Positions 39,262 to 51,800 of a DNA stretch of 64,000 nucleotides are shown one piece after another. The position numbers and the translations under genes are program-made. Numbering within the stretch: position 1 is the stretch's first letter; every line of letters begins with the position of its first letter. A model generated the notes under the pieces. The model did not search any database. It saw only the letters and a program-made list of their open reading frames with translations, and was not told the DNA's origin. This DNA is from Sphaerodactylus townsendi (lineage: Eukaryota): NCBI RefSeq assembly GCF_021028975.2, contig NC_059439.1:38936001-39000000 (forward strand), read 5' to 3'.

Positions 39262-40581
39262 GATTGTGTGTTGTAAGGGTGTGACATCCTCAAATGCAAC
39301 ATTTGGAGTTCGGGGTGGAGGGGAAGCAAAGCACTGCTGCTTTGTGTGTTGTGGGGTATGAGGGTGTTGCATCCTCAAATGCAACATCTGGTTCTCGGGG
39401 GGGGGAGAAAAGCAAAGCGGTGCTGCTTTGTGTGTTGTAGGGTGTTGCATCCTCAAATACAACATCTGGCACTTGGGGGGGACTAAAGCACTGCTGCTTT
39501 GTGCGTTGTAGGGTGTGAGGGTGTTGCATCCTCAAATGCAACATCTGGTTCTCGGGGAGGGGGGAGAAAAGCAAAGCAGTGCTGCTTTGTGTGTTGTAGG
39601 GTGTTGCATCCTAAAATACAACATCTGGCGCTGGGGGGGACTAAAGCGCTGCTGCCTTGTGAATTGTAGGGTGTGAGGGTGTTGCATCCTCAAATGCAAC
39701 ATCTGGTTCTCGGGGGGAGAAAAGCAAAGCGGTGCTGCTTTGTGCTGTGTTGCATCCTCAAATACAACATCTGGCACTTGGGGGCAACTAAAGCGCTGCT
39801 GCTTTGTGCGTTGTAGGGTGTGAGGGTGTTGCATCCTCAAATGCAACATCTGGTGCTCGGGGGGGGAAGAAAAGCAAAGCGCTGCTGCTTTGTGTGTTGT
39901 GGGGTGTTGCATCCTCAAATACAACATCTGGCACTCGGGGGGACTAAAGCGCTGCTGCTTTGTGCGTTGTAGGGTGTGAGGGTGTTGCATCCTCAAATGC
40001 AACATCTGGTTCTGGGGGGGGGGAGAAAAGCAAAGCGGTGCTGCTTTGTGCTGTGTTGCATCCTCAAATACAACATCACAGCGCAGGGAACGCTAAAGCG
40101 CTGCTGCTTTGTGCGTTGTAGGGTGTGAGGGTATTTGCATCCTCAAATGCAACATCTACAATTGGCGCGGGGAAAAAGCAAAGTGCTGCTGCTTTGTGTG
40201 TTGTGGGGTGTTGCATCCTCAAATACAACATCTGGCACTCGGGGGGACTAAAGCGCTGCTGCTTTGTGCGTTGTAGGGTGTGAGGGTGTTGCATCCTCAA
40301 ATACAACATCTGGCGCTCGGGGGGGGAAGAAAAGCAAAGCGCTGCTGCTTTTTGTGTTGTGGGGTGTTGCATCCTCAAATGCAACATCTGGTGCTCGGGG
40401 GGGGAGAAAAGCAAAGCGCTGCTGCTTTGTGTGTTGTGGGGTGTTGCATCCTCAAATACAACATCTGGCACTCGGGGGGACTAAAGCGCTGCTGCTTTGT
40501 GCGTTGTAGGGTGTGAGGGTGTTGCATCCTCAAATGCAACATCTGGTGCTCGGGGGGAGAAAGGCAAAGCGCTGCTGCTGC
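39262..40581. repeat. Minisatellite, about 17 units of about 78 bp with A/B alternation
   Basis: Core GTGTTGCATCCTCAAAT(G/A)CAACATCTGG recurs every 69-85 bp. Confidence 0.93.
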
Positions 40582-40589
40582 TCATGCCC

Positions 40590-41400
40590 TGCGTGGCGGG
40601 ACTGCCGTGATCCGCGCGGAGCCTACCCTGGGGAAAGCCCGGCCGCAGCTGCGCTCAGAACCGCGGAGCCCGAGGAGCTGCATTAGCTTAAATCCTTTAA
40701 ATATTTCAAAACAGCCCCAAAGTGGATCGATTTCCCGTCATGCCCGGCTCCTCCGGGTGACGTCAGCGTCATGGCGGCCACCGTCTCCGCCCAGCTAGCC
40801 GTCCCGGGGCTCAGCTCCATGGTCGACTCCAGCGCCCAGGGGCGGGACCCCGCCCTTTACTTTGCCGTGCGTCGTGACGTCACGCGCCGGGTGAAGCGGC
40901 GTGCGGGCGTCCCTTCCTTCTGGGCCGTGGGTAGCCCCGCCCTTTCCTCTCGACGCCGCTTGATGACGCCTTTGGGCGGCGCCGGCGGCGGCGGTGGCTC
41001 CTGAGAGAAGGAGGCGGCGGCGGCGGCGGAGGAGGAGGCGGCGGCGACGCTTCTGGGAGCCGGAGCGAGAGGCCCCTCTCCCGGCCCCGCTGCCGGACAC
41101 GGTGAGGCGCCGCATCACGGGAGGGCCCCTTCCCGCCTCTGGGCCGCCTCCCCCTTCCTCCGCCCCGGCATCCCGCGGTGCCCCCGCCCCTTCCCTCGCC
41201 CCCCGCCCGCCGCGATACGCGCTTGGCCACGCCCCTCCCCAGTGCGGGGGTCACATGGGGCCCCCTTCCCCGCCAGGCCTCCTGGGACTTCCTCCCCCCC
41301 CCCCCACCGGCCTTTGTGGCTCTTCCGCCGCAGCCTGGCCCGGTCCCTCCCCCGAGGCGCCCACCGGGCCAGGGGTTTCAGCCCCTCACTCCGTCCTGGC
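40590..41400 (+). promoter_or_regulatory. CpG-island promoter and non-coding exon 1 of SENP3
   Basis: Dense CpG; full CRE palindromes TGACGTCA at 40758-40765 and 40875-40882; GC boxes; donor CG|GTGAGG at 41101/41102. Confidence 0.8.
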
Positions 41401-42837
41401 CTGAGATCTGAGGAGGGGAGGGTTGTGTGGTGAAGCTGGCCTACCTTGCAAGGGTGGCAGCGAGGTAATGCGTGCTCAGGGCGCAGATATCTGCCCGGAT
41501 AGGTTTAGGGGTGAGCCACGGGGACACACTTCTGGATGCGAAGCGTGGCCAGAAGAGGCTGCGGTGATGGCCACGGGCATGGGCACCTTCAAGCTGCTTA
41601 TTAGATTTCTTTCCCCCGACGTTCTTCCCTAAAAGGCTCGGGGGGGCGGGGTTTGCAACCTCAGCTAAAGGTGGGCTAGTCAGACTCATGCAGGAGGGGA
41701 CTCTCAGTGGCTGGCAAACACAGGGGCCATTAGGAGCCTCCGTGTTCAGAGGCACACAACATCTGGATCCCAGGGCCAGGAGGCAACATCAGGGAAGGCC
41801 TCAGCCTCTATGGCAGGGGTCTGCAACCTGTGGCTCTCCAGATGTTCATGGACTACAGTTCCCATCAGCCCCTGCCAGCATGACCAATTGGAACCTTGGC
41901 TCCAGTCCCCAATTGGCCATGCTGGCAGGGGCTGATGGGAATTGTAGTCCATGAACATATGGAGAGCCACAGGTTGCAGACCCCTGCTCTATGACCTGCT
42001 GTTTGGCCTCCAGTGTGAGGCAGGACTAGATGGGCCTCTGGTCTGATGTGGCCAGCCTTTCTGGTGTTCTTAAGTTCTCGCTGTTGTATCTCCTCCCTGC
42101 TAGGAAGAACAATCGCGGGCTTCGCTTGCATGTTCCTCAGTTTTCTTTCTTCCTGCTTGGGATCTTGGCCCTGCAACCTGGGGTTGAGCTGTAGACCTGC
42201 TGTGAAGCTTCTCGAGCAGGGACGTCCGGACCCTCTGTTACAAAAAGTGAGGCAGATGAGGATGCGGTCTTCAGTTTAACTGGGGACGAGGTGCAGGCGG
42301 TTGTGATGTAAGAACGTGATCACGGTGATGTGGGAAGGAAGCACTGCAGCAGCTAACGCCTGGCCTATATGTTGGACCCAGGGTCCTGGGAATCCCCTCC
42401 AGATCTGACGTGTAAATTCGAGCTCTGGGGTGGGTTTGTCTGGGACGCTGGAGTGGTTTTCAGCCCTCTCCCTGTCCTGTAACTGGGCTTTATGCCTTTT
42501 GAGTTTATATCCATGCTCACGGTATGCCCAGGTGCCTTGAGCAAGCCGTCCAGTACTGGTAAGGACACCTCACGCCCAAAACCTCTTTCCTGGTCTTGTA
42601 GAGATCTGTGCAGTCTGTTTAAAAGCAAAGCGGAACATCAGAGCGGAACGTATCTAAAGACCTGCGAGCCCAGTCACGCAGCTGACAGAATTAGCCGGTC
42701 AGGGATTAAGTGACACTTTGGGGCGTGGCCTGCCATCTGCTTTGAGGGAGCGATAGCCCCTCCTCTGTAATCCGTTGTCCTTGCGTTGTAATACATACCA
42801 TCCTTTCTCTCTCTCTCGTGTCAGGCACATTGGAACC

Positions 42838-45800
42838 ATGAAGGAAACGACTCAAGACAAGAAGTATTGGGGGTCCTCCCATGGCCTCCGGGGTCCCACG
42901 GGTCCTCCGGGCAAGCTGCGCAGGTCTTCCCAGGAGTGGGGAGAGCAAGAACATAAGCACGGTGGTGGCTTTGAAGGAAGTCGGCACCTGGCATATGGCA
43001 AGGAGCAGCCTTTGGGCTTTGGCCCTCTGTCCTCTGGCAGTGAAGAAGATGAAGAGGATGATGAAGGAGGAGGAGGAGGAAAGTGGGATCTTCCCAGCAT
43101 GTCCAGTTGGGGGGTTGCAGGAGGCACATCTGACTCGTCCAGGAGCAAAGCCTCCCGGGGAAAGATTGCAAGGAGTGGGGGCAGAGCTTGGCCATTTGAA
43201 GTAGGAACAGGCTCCAACCCCAGGGGGCGCCCACAGATGCTGGGGACCCCCAAGCGACGCTATTTCCGCCGCAAGCGCCAGCGTGCCTGGCGGGCCCTCC
43301 GCATGCTGCTGTACTCAAAGAGTTCCTCCCTGGCTTTCCACTGGAAGCTTTGGGGCAAGATGGCATCTAAAGGGCGCCGGCGAGGAGGGCCGAAGCGAGC
43401 CCGGTCGTCCCTCTCCCTTTCCCCTGGCTCCCAGCCTGATGACGATCACCTTCCCCTTTACAAGAAGAACTGCCTCCTAGGGATGGGGGACTGTCCGGCA
43501 GGGGGAGCCAAGCGTCGGCCCGGCCCCTCTGAGTCACACTTGGACTACGAATTGGATGGGGCTTTTCCCACCTCTGTGACCTCGCCTCAAGCGTCCCGCC
43601 TCAGCTTGCTAGGAGCCCTGATAGATGAAACGTCCCCCTATCCTCAGTATGTGGAGCTTCAGGGGGTCAGCTTTGACAAAGACCCTGGAGCGATGGAGAT
43701 CGACGAAGAAGCAGCTGCCATGCTCAAGTACCCTGCTGGGGGAGCCCACGCCTCCCCCCGGACTCGGAGGCTGAGAGAGGCACAGCATAGCCTGGACGGA
43801 GATGGAGGTAAACGGGAAATGATATCCCTTGACTCTGTGATGGCATATGAGATCACGTATGCCATGCTTAATGCAGTTTAGGAAGTCCGACTTTTAACCA
43901 GCGTATGCCCTTGTTTGTTTATTTATTTGAAGTTGTGTCCTGCCCTCTGGATCCTGCCAATCGGGGTTGGCCTGAGGGCAGCTTACAGGGTTTAAAACAT
44001 AGTAGTACGAATATAAGTGCTATAACAAAAACCACAGCCCCGAGATGGCGACAGGACAAATCCCAGATTATCATAATAAAATCAAAACCAGAGGGGTTAG
44101 CACACAGGTGTCGAACTCACGGCCCTCCAGATGTTATGGACTACTGTTTCCATTATCCCCTGCCAGCATGATGCTGGCAGTGGATGATGGTAACTGTAGT
44201 CCATAACATCTGGAGGGCCGCGAGTCTTAGCATCACAAGAAATAAAGAAGAAGAAAAAGAGTTTGGATTTATATCCCCCCTCCTTTCTCTCCTGCAGGAG
44301 ACTCAAAGGGGCTGACAATCTCCTTGCCCTTCCCCCCTCACAACAAACACCCTGAGAGGTGGGTGGGGCTGAGAGCTCCGAGAAGCTATGACTAGCCCAA
44401 GGTCACCCAGCTGGCGTGTGTGGGAGTGCCCAGGCTAATCTGAATTCCCCAGATAAGCCTCCACAGCTCAGGCGGCAGAGCTGGGAATCAAACCCGGTTC
44501 CTCCAGGTTAGATACACGAGCTCTTAACCTCCTACGCCACTGCTGGGACAACAGAAGGCCTCAGCCAGAGACCCGAGAGAACCTCTCCATCTTTCAGGCC
44601 TTCAGAACTGTTTAAGATCCCACAGAGCGCTGGGGTCAGCTGAGAGTTCCATTGGGCTGGATACCTAAGTGTTGTTTCTTGAACTGTGGGGTCTCTGGGG
44701 CATAATAGTGGGGTGGGGGGGGCATAATAATCTGTAGGGCACAATAGCGGGGTGTCTGGGGTAGCCTGCCCCAGGTCTGCCAAAAACTCACAAGGAGACC
44801 TTCTGCAGGTGCTTGTCTTACTTGTTTTTGGCATGATCAGTTTTGTTTCATGGTTGTGAACTGTGGCAGGCAGGTTTGGAGAATAATAATGGTGCATAAT
44901 AAATTTTATTTATTCCCTGCATTCCCCAGGCTAAACTACAGCAAACCACACATACAATACTATTAACATTAAAAATCGAAACCACAATTAATAATTAAAG
45001 TATTGATAAATATAAAACATTCCTGGATTAGTGTTAGTCCCAAAGGTGACTTATTGGGGGGGATGGTCCGATCTAGGACCACACAGAATATTAGAAGGAT
45101 CCGCTGCCTAGAACAGAGAAGGAAGGAGGGGACGGGCAGGCAGGAGAAAGGCCAGACTGTGATTTTAAACCATCACTGTCCTCAGTCATCAAATAGACCA
45201 GGGGTCTGCAACCTGCGGCTCTCCAGATGTTCATGGACTACAATTCCCATCAGCCCCTGCCAGCATGGCCAATTGTGCATGCTGGCAGGGGCTGATGGGA
45301 ATTGTAGTCCATGAACATCTGGAGAGCCGCAGGTTGCAGACCCCTGAAATAGACTGAGCTGTTGCAATGTACTCTACTTGGGGCTACTCTTGAAGACTGT
45401 TCAGAATCTGCAATGAGTGTAGAATGCCGTGACTAGCTTTTGGGAGCAGGGGACCCCGATATTCCAACAATTACACTGGCTTCCAATCCACTCCAGAGCA
45501 CAATTCAAGGGTATTGGCTTTGTTCTTTAAAGCCTTACAAGACTTGGGACTCGGGTGTCTGAAGCTCCCCTTTCTCCAGCATCCTCCTGCCCAGAAACTG
45601 CGATCACGAGGAAAGAGAGGCCTTTCTGGCTATCCCATCAGTCAATGAAACTCCTTTGGCCAGCTCATGAGACAGGGTCATTTCACAATAACAGAAGAGC
45701 CACAATAACGGAGTGCACCTGATCCCCTCGCTTTTGATCTTCAGGAGGTTTTTCTTAGGACCTTGTTTATATTAAAGTATTTTTTATGTGTTCTATATTC

Positions 45801-48800
45801 TCTATATTGTAAGTTGCTCTGAGCTGTTTCCGGAAGAAAGGCAGCCTATGAGTGTTTCTAGTACATGAAATCTTCTAAAGAAATCAGTCCTGGCCTCGGG
45901 TCCAGGGGTCCGGTTGTTGTCAGTCCCACAGTCTGCTGAACCCCCCCCCCCCCTCTTTCTGTAGGGTCCCTGGACGCCCTTCCCAATGGCTTTGGTTCCC
46001 TTGCTTCCGACGGGGATATATGCTCCCTTCCTGGAGTCACAGATGCTACTATCCTCATCAGCAACGTCTGTAGCATTGGAGGCCACGTGGCCGAGGAGCT
46101 CTTCCACGGCCCGCGAGACAAGGACAGGCTAGAAGCAGGGAGCCAGCAGGCGGAGCTGCCCATGGAGGGTGGCCCTGAACACAGTCCGCTGAAGGAGGAA
46201 CACCTCACCTGTGTGCAAAGTAAGGCCGGTGTTGCGGAGAGGGACGCTGGTGGGAGCTGGGTTGTCTTGGGGTGAGACTTCTCCAAAGGCCAGCCTCCAG
46301 CTGCCCTCCTGCTCCCCATCCCTTCCAGGGGGGGCGGAAAAGGCATTGGGAATCGCTACGGAGAAAAGCACAGCGAAGAGCTGTGTTGAATCATGGAGGT
46401 GGCAGGGGCTGGAGAGTCTGTTCCGCACGGAGCAGCGAATGTGACCTAGAAAAGGGTTGGTTTTGTTTGCGGAGGCCTCTCTCTCAGACTGAGAACTGCG
46501 GTCCTCTTCACCATCTAGGACGGTGATGGCGAACCTATGGCACGGGTGCCAGAGGTGGCACTTGAAGTCCTTTCTAGGGCACGCGCACACAGAGTTTGTC
46601 ATGTGGGGGGTGGAAAATATCACACACACACACACATCTAGGCTGGCCTGGGCCACTGAGCACAACATGCGCGCACCACGGTGAGCAGGGAGGACTCAGC
46701 TGGCAGGCCTGGTGCCTGTGCTCCGGGTGACTGCTGCCGAGGATGGGGGGCGCAGAGGAGGCAAAGATGCTAGAAAGGTGCATGTGGGACTCGCTGGAGG
46801 CTAGAGCAGGGTGGCCCCTGCTCGAGCAGGTGGGGCAGAGGAAGAGGGAGCCAACCGTTTTTTCCCAAACTAAAACCTTAGCATTCAGGTTAAATTGCCA
46901 GGTTGGCACTTTGCGATAAATAAGTGCGGTTTGGGTTACAGTTTGGCCACTCGGTCTCAAAAAGGTTCACCATCACTGATCTAGGAAATCAAAGCAAAGA
47001 GGGAGGAGCTCCAGAGGAAACTTTGTTTTTTTAAAAAAGGACTGTGTTGGGGGCTTAATGACATCTCTTGAGCCTGTGGTTCTCCCCTCTTCCTTGCTGG
47101 AGTTCAGGGGGGCTGAGGCCGGGGTCTCCTGGCCTTCAGCAGTGGGACTGTTTTGTGCCTCCTTTTTTCTCCATTCAACCTGTTTGAGAGAGAGATCTGG
47201 GTGGCCTCAGGTGTCTTCTCCTGTCCTTCCTCCCAGACATCTTGGACGAGTTCATGCAGACGTACGGCAGCCTCATCCCCGTCAGCACAGACGAAGTCGT
47301 GGAGAAGCTGGAGGACATCTTCCAGCTGGAGTTCTCCACGCCTCAGAGGTGGGACTCTTCTCCCCTCCCTCCCCCCCCCCCCCCCCCCCCCCGCCTTCCC
47401 CCAATATTGCTGTGCGAGCATTGGAATCACGGGGTGGTGTAGCTGTTGCCGTGCCTCAAGGAATGCCCGAGCAAGTCCCACCTTGGGGGCTGGCAAGGTG
47501 CTGTCCTCTGCACTTGGTGGGTGGGTGGAAAGCCACGGTGCATTGGGTGGATTCAGGGGTGGAATACTACCGTGTTTCCCCGAATATAAGACAGTGCCTT
47601 ATATTAATTTTTGCTCCCAAAGATGTGCTATGTCTTATTTTCAGGGGATGTCTTATTTTTCTGTGTTCTGTTCGTCGGGCATGCTTCCAAACAAAAACTT
47701 TGCTATGTCTTACTTTCGGGGGATGCCTTATATTTCGCACTTCAGCAAAACCTCTACTACGTCTTATTTTTAGGGGATGTCTTATATTCGGGGAAACAGG
47801 GTAGTAGCCAGCAGTCTGGGCTTTTGTATCCTTTTTGGAAGGGCCTGAGAAAAGTAATCCTTTCTTGACTGTGGTGTCTTTAATGACTGGGATAAAGTGG
47901 AGGCCAGGGAGGTTTCTTCGGGCCTAGAATTGTAACACGGTGCTGGAGAAATATTTCAGATTTGTGCTAGAGTAACTTTTTTCCCTTTGTGCTTATGCAT
48001 TCTTCAGTTATGCTCCAGGGGCTCTTTGCATCTGTTTTCAGAGAGTCACCGTGTTGAGCTGCCACAGAACAGTTGCATTTGAATCCAGCAGCACCTTACA
48101 GCCCAACGAGATTTGGGGGGTATCTGCTTTCAAGAGTGGCCGCTCCCTTCGACAGAAACCAAGGGACGAAAGGAACTTTGAGAGCTGATACTCCCCAAAA
48201 TCTCGCTGCTCCTTGAGTTTGCTGCATGTCCCCCGGAGGAGCTCCCGTGAGTGCCGTGTTTGTGCCTTCACACCCTCTGAATCCTAAGAACGGAAAATGT
48301 CATCACATTCGTGCCCTGCCTTTTCATCATCTTTCCTGCTGGCCACGGAGTGTGGGGCTGGGCGGGCCTCTTCTCAGGCAAAGCGAGGCCTGTTTTGGGG
48401 TGTGTGTGTGTCAGAGCTTGTGCTTCAAAGTGGTCACGGTTCCCTCCCCTCTCTGGCCCCCGCAGGAAGGCCATGGTCCATCAGCTGATTCAGTCCTACC
48501 AGCGCATGCCCGGCAACGCTGTGATGCGGTCCTTCCGGGTCACCTATAAACGTCACGTCCTCACCATGGACGACCTGCAGACGCTCTACGGGCCGAATTG
48601 GCTCAATGACCAGGTACGAGGAGGGAGCAGGGAGTTCGAGGAAGGACAGCTGGAAACCGCAAAGAAGCGGGGTGGGGGTGGGGACTGCGTGTGTGGGCGT
48701 GGCACAGGCTTCGGATACTGCAGGGGTGGTTTGGGGCTGCGTGGCAGGCCGTGACAGTAGCGAAGAGCTGGGGCCGTAAAGTGGGCGTCAATCTCCCGCG

Positions 48801-51800
48801 TGAACTCAGCAGAAACGCTCCTCTCAGCGCATTTATTAACTTAATATATTTATTTAGAACTGTGGTGGCGAACCTTTGGCACTCCAGATGTTATGGACTA
48901 CAATTCCCATCAGCCCCTGCCAGCATGGCCAATTGGCCATGCTGGCAGGGGCTGATGGGAATTGCAGTCCATAACATCTGGAGTGCCAAACGTTCGCCAC
49001 CACTGATTTAGAATATCTCTGTGCCACCTTTTCAGAGTCCTGCTTGAAGTGGCTGATGGTTAAAAGCCACAGGGAGGTGGGGGCTCCTGTTTGAAACTGG
49101 GAACAGGCGTCTTGTCTTGTATCTGTGGCAGTGAAGACAGACGGCCTCGCCCTCCTCTAGTTCTCCTCAAATTCCATTGTCATCCGATGGTCCAACAGCT
49201 TCCCATAGTCAGTTTCCTGCTCCCAATTCTTCGTCTTTGGCCGCGATGCTTTTTGTGATACATTCCTCAAAATCATTTTTGGCATCCCTGATTCTCTGCT
49301 TGCATTTCCTGTGTGCCGCTTTGTATTAGTTTTTGAGCAAGACTTCCAGTTTCTGAAGGAAACAGCTTCCTTCCGCCTTCTCTCTAGCCTTCCTGGTGGC
49401 CTCCCAGACCACCTTCAGTGGTGATGGAAATGAAGGAGTTGATATGTGATTACAGATTGACAAGAAACAGGTCCTATTGGCTCAGAGTGCTCAGATTTGT
49501 GCTCAGATTTGGAACTGTTCCTCTGACATGCCACTGGCGAGGAAATTTCAGACCCTAATGTGGGTTCCAGGGAAATGGGTGGAAAGGAACCTGGAATTAA
49601 TGAAATGCATAGAAGAACAAGTCTTGCAAGGGAAGAAAGCATGGCTTTTGCAACCCACTGGAGTTCTTTGAGAGTGAACAGTCATGTGGCTAGGGGTTGA
49701 TTCAGTGGGCATACCTAGACTTCTGAAGAAGCTTTGACCAGGTCCCCCACCTGCTCTTAACCACTGCGTCACGCTGCCCCTCAGGGAAAGAGGCTGTCTT
49801 CTTGCTGTGCTGGGCTTTCCAGGACCATCTGTTTATTTTTACTATATTTTATTGGTACCTCGTCCTTCCAGCAAGGCCTACTTGCTGCTGAGAACAGGTT
49901 GTGGGTCTTGACTGCCCCTGAGCGGACAACCTCGGCCGAGTGTTCTGTACTCTTGTGAGTTTCTCACGGGCAGAAGCCTAACGCAGCCACCTCATTTCTT
50001 TCCATCTCTGGGCAGGTCATGAACATGTACGGGGACCTCGTCATGGACACAGTTCCAGAGAAGGTGAGCTGCTGGAGAGAATCCTGCTGGCCCAGGAGGT
50101 GGGGCAGGTGACAAGGATCCCAAACGGGAAGGCTTCCCCTGCCTCTGGGGTGGTCATCGATAGGGGCTCCTTCCCCAAAGTAAATGGACCATCCTGGTTT
50201 TCTTCCACCTTACTGGAACAGGACATTTGACAGAAGAACCCAGGAAGGAGGAGGCCACGTTCACCTCCAAAGAGAGTGGAAACTGTAGCCACTATTGCAG
50301 TGATGGCGAACCTATGGCATGGGTGCCAGAGGTGGCACTCGGAGCCCTCTCCATGGACACGCGCACACAAGAGTTCATCATGTGGGGGGTGGAAAATCAC
50401 CCACACACACACACACATCTAGGTTGGCCTGGGCCACTGAACACAATGTGCACGCACCACGGTGAGCAGGGAGGATTCGGATGGCGGGCCTGGTGCCTGT
50501 GCTCCAGGTGGCTGCTGCCTGAGAAGAGGCAGAAGAGGCAGAATTGCTAGAGAGGCACAGAGCGGTGCACGTGGGACTTGCTGGAGGCTAGAGCAGGCTG
50601 GCCTCTGCTCGAGCGGGTGGGGCTGAGGAAGAGGGAGCCAACCGTGTGTTTTTTTTCTAAACTAAAACCTCAGCATTCAGGTTAAATTGCCGGGTTGGCA
50701 CTTTGTGATAAATAAGTGGGTTTTGGGTTGCAATTTGGGCACTCGGTCTCAAAAAGGTTCGTCATCACTGCACTTAAGTTTGCAGCTCCCCCAACATGTT
50801 GTGATTGGCCTCTGAAGTCCACGGCCATTACTTTATGATTGTGGGTGCGTTCCACTCCTCACAATTCCGGAAGTGACCAGAGGCTCAACCAGTTGAGGGC
50901 ACTTGCCCTAAGCAGTTTGTTTTTATTTAATTTAGTATATCGCCCACCCCTGAAGGGCTCTGGCCAAGTGTGTGGCGGGAGTTGGGTATTCTTCAGTTAC
51001 TTGACCAAACCAGATGCCATTCTTGGTCATTATCTTCTGGGGCCATTGCTCTAGTTCCGTGGTTGCAAACCTTTGGCGCTCCAGATGTTATGGAGTACAA
51101 TTCCCATCAGTCCCTGCCAGCATCGCCAATTGGCCATGCTGGCAGGGGCTGATGGGAAATGTAGTCCATAACATCTGGAGTGCCAAAGGTTCGCCACCAC
51201 TGCAGTCTAGTTAATGACCTGCCAGCACTGCTGGATGTAATTGGGCCCTTCAGCTGCCTATGAATCAGGGAGGCCCTCGCCAGCGCCTTCGACGCGCCTC
51301 CCTGCTGGCCCCTTCCTGCTTCCAAGCCCAATTAGGGCAGCCTTCCTTCTCCAAGCCACAATTGCTCCTCTCCCTTCCCCCCCAGGTTCATTTCTTCAAC
51401 AGTTTTTTCTACGATAAGCTACGAACCAAGGGGTACGAGGGAGTCAAACGCTGGACCAAAAATGTGAGTGGCGGCCAAGAAATCCTTTTTGTGATGCGGT
51501 GGGGGCTGCAGTTGGCGAGGGGATTTGGCTGGGATGGATGTCGTCGCTTTAGCAGACTAAGTGCTTCATTTCCAGGTGGGGAAATGCCAGGCCTAGCCAC
51601 TCGGCCCTGTGACCCCCAAACATATGGGGCACAGGTGTCAAACTCGTGGCCCTCCAGATGTTATGGACTACAGTTCCCACTGTCCCCTGCCAGCATCATG
51701 CTGGCAGGGGATGATGGGAGCTGTAGTCCATAACTTCTGGAGGGCCACGAGTTTGACACCTGTGATATGGGGCATGAGTCAGCAGAGCTTTACTCGTTCT

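Noticed and set aside
39262-40581. CRISPR-like array (GTTGCA..GCAAC repeats)
   Set aside because: The intervening sequences are themselves repeated rather than unique spacers, there are no cas genes, and the context is vertebrate.
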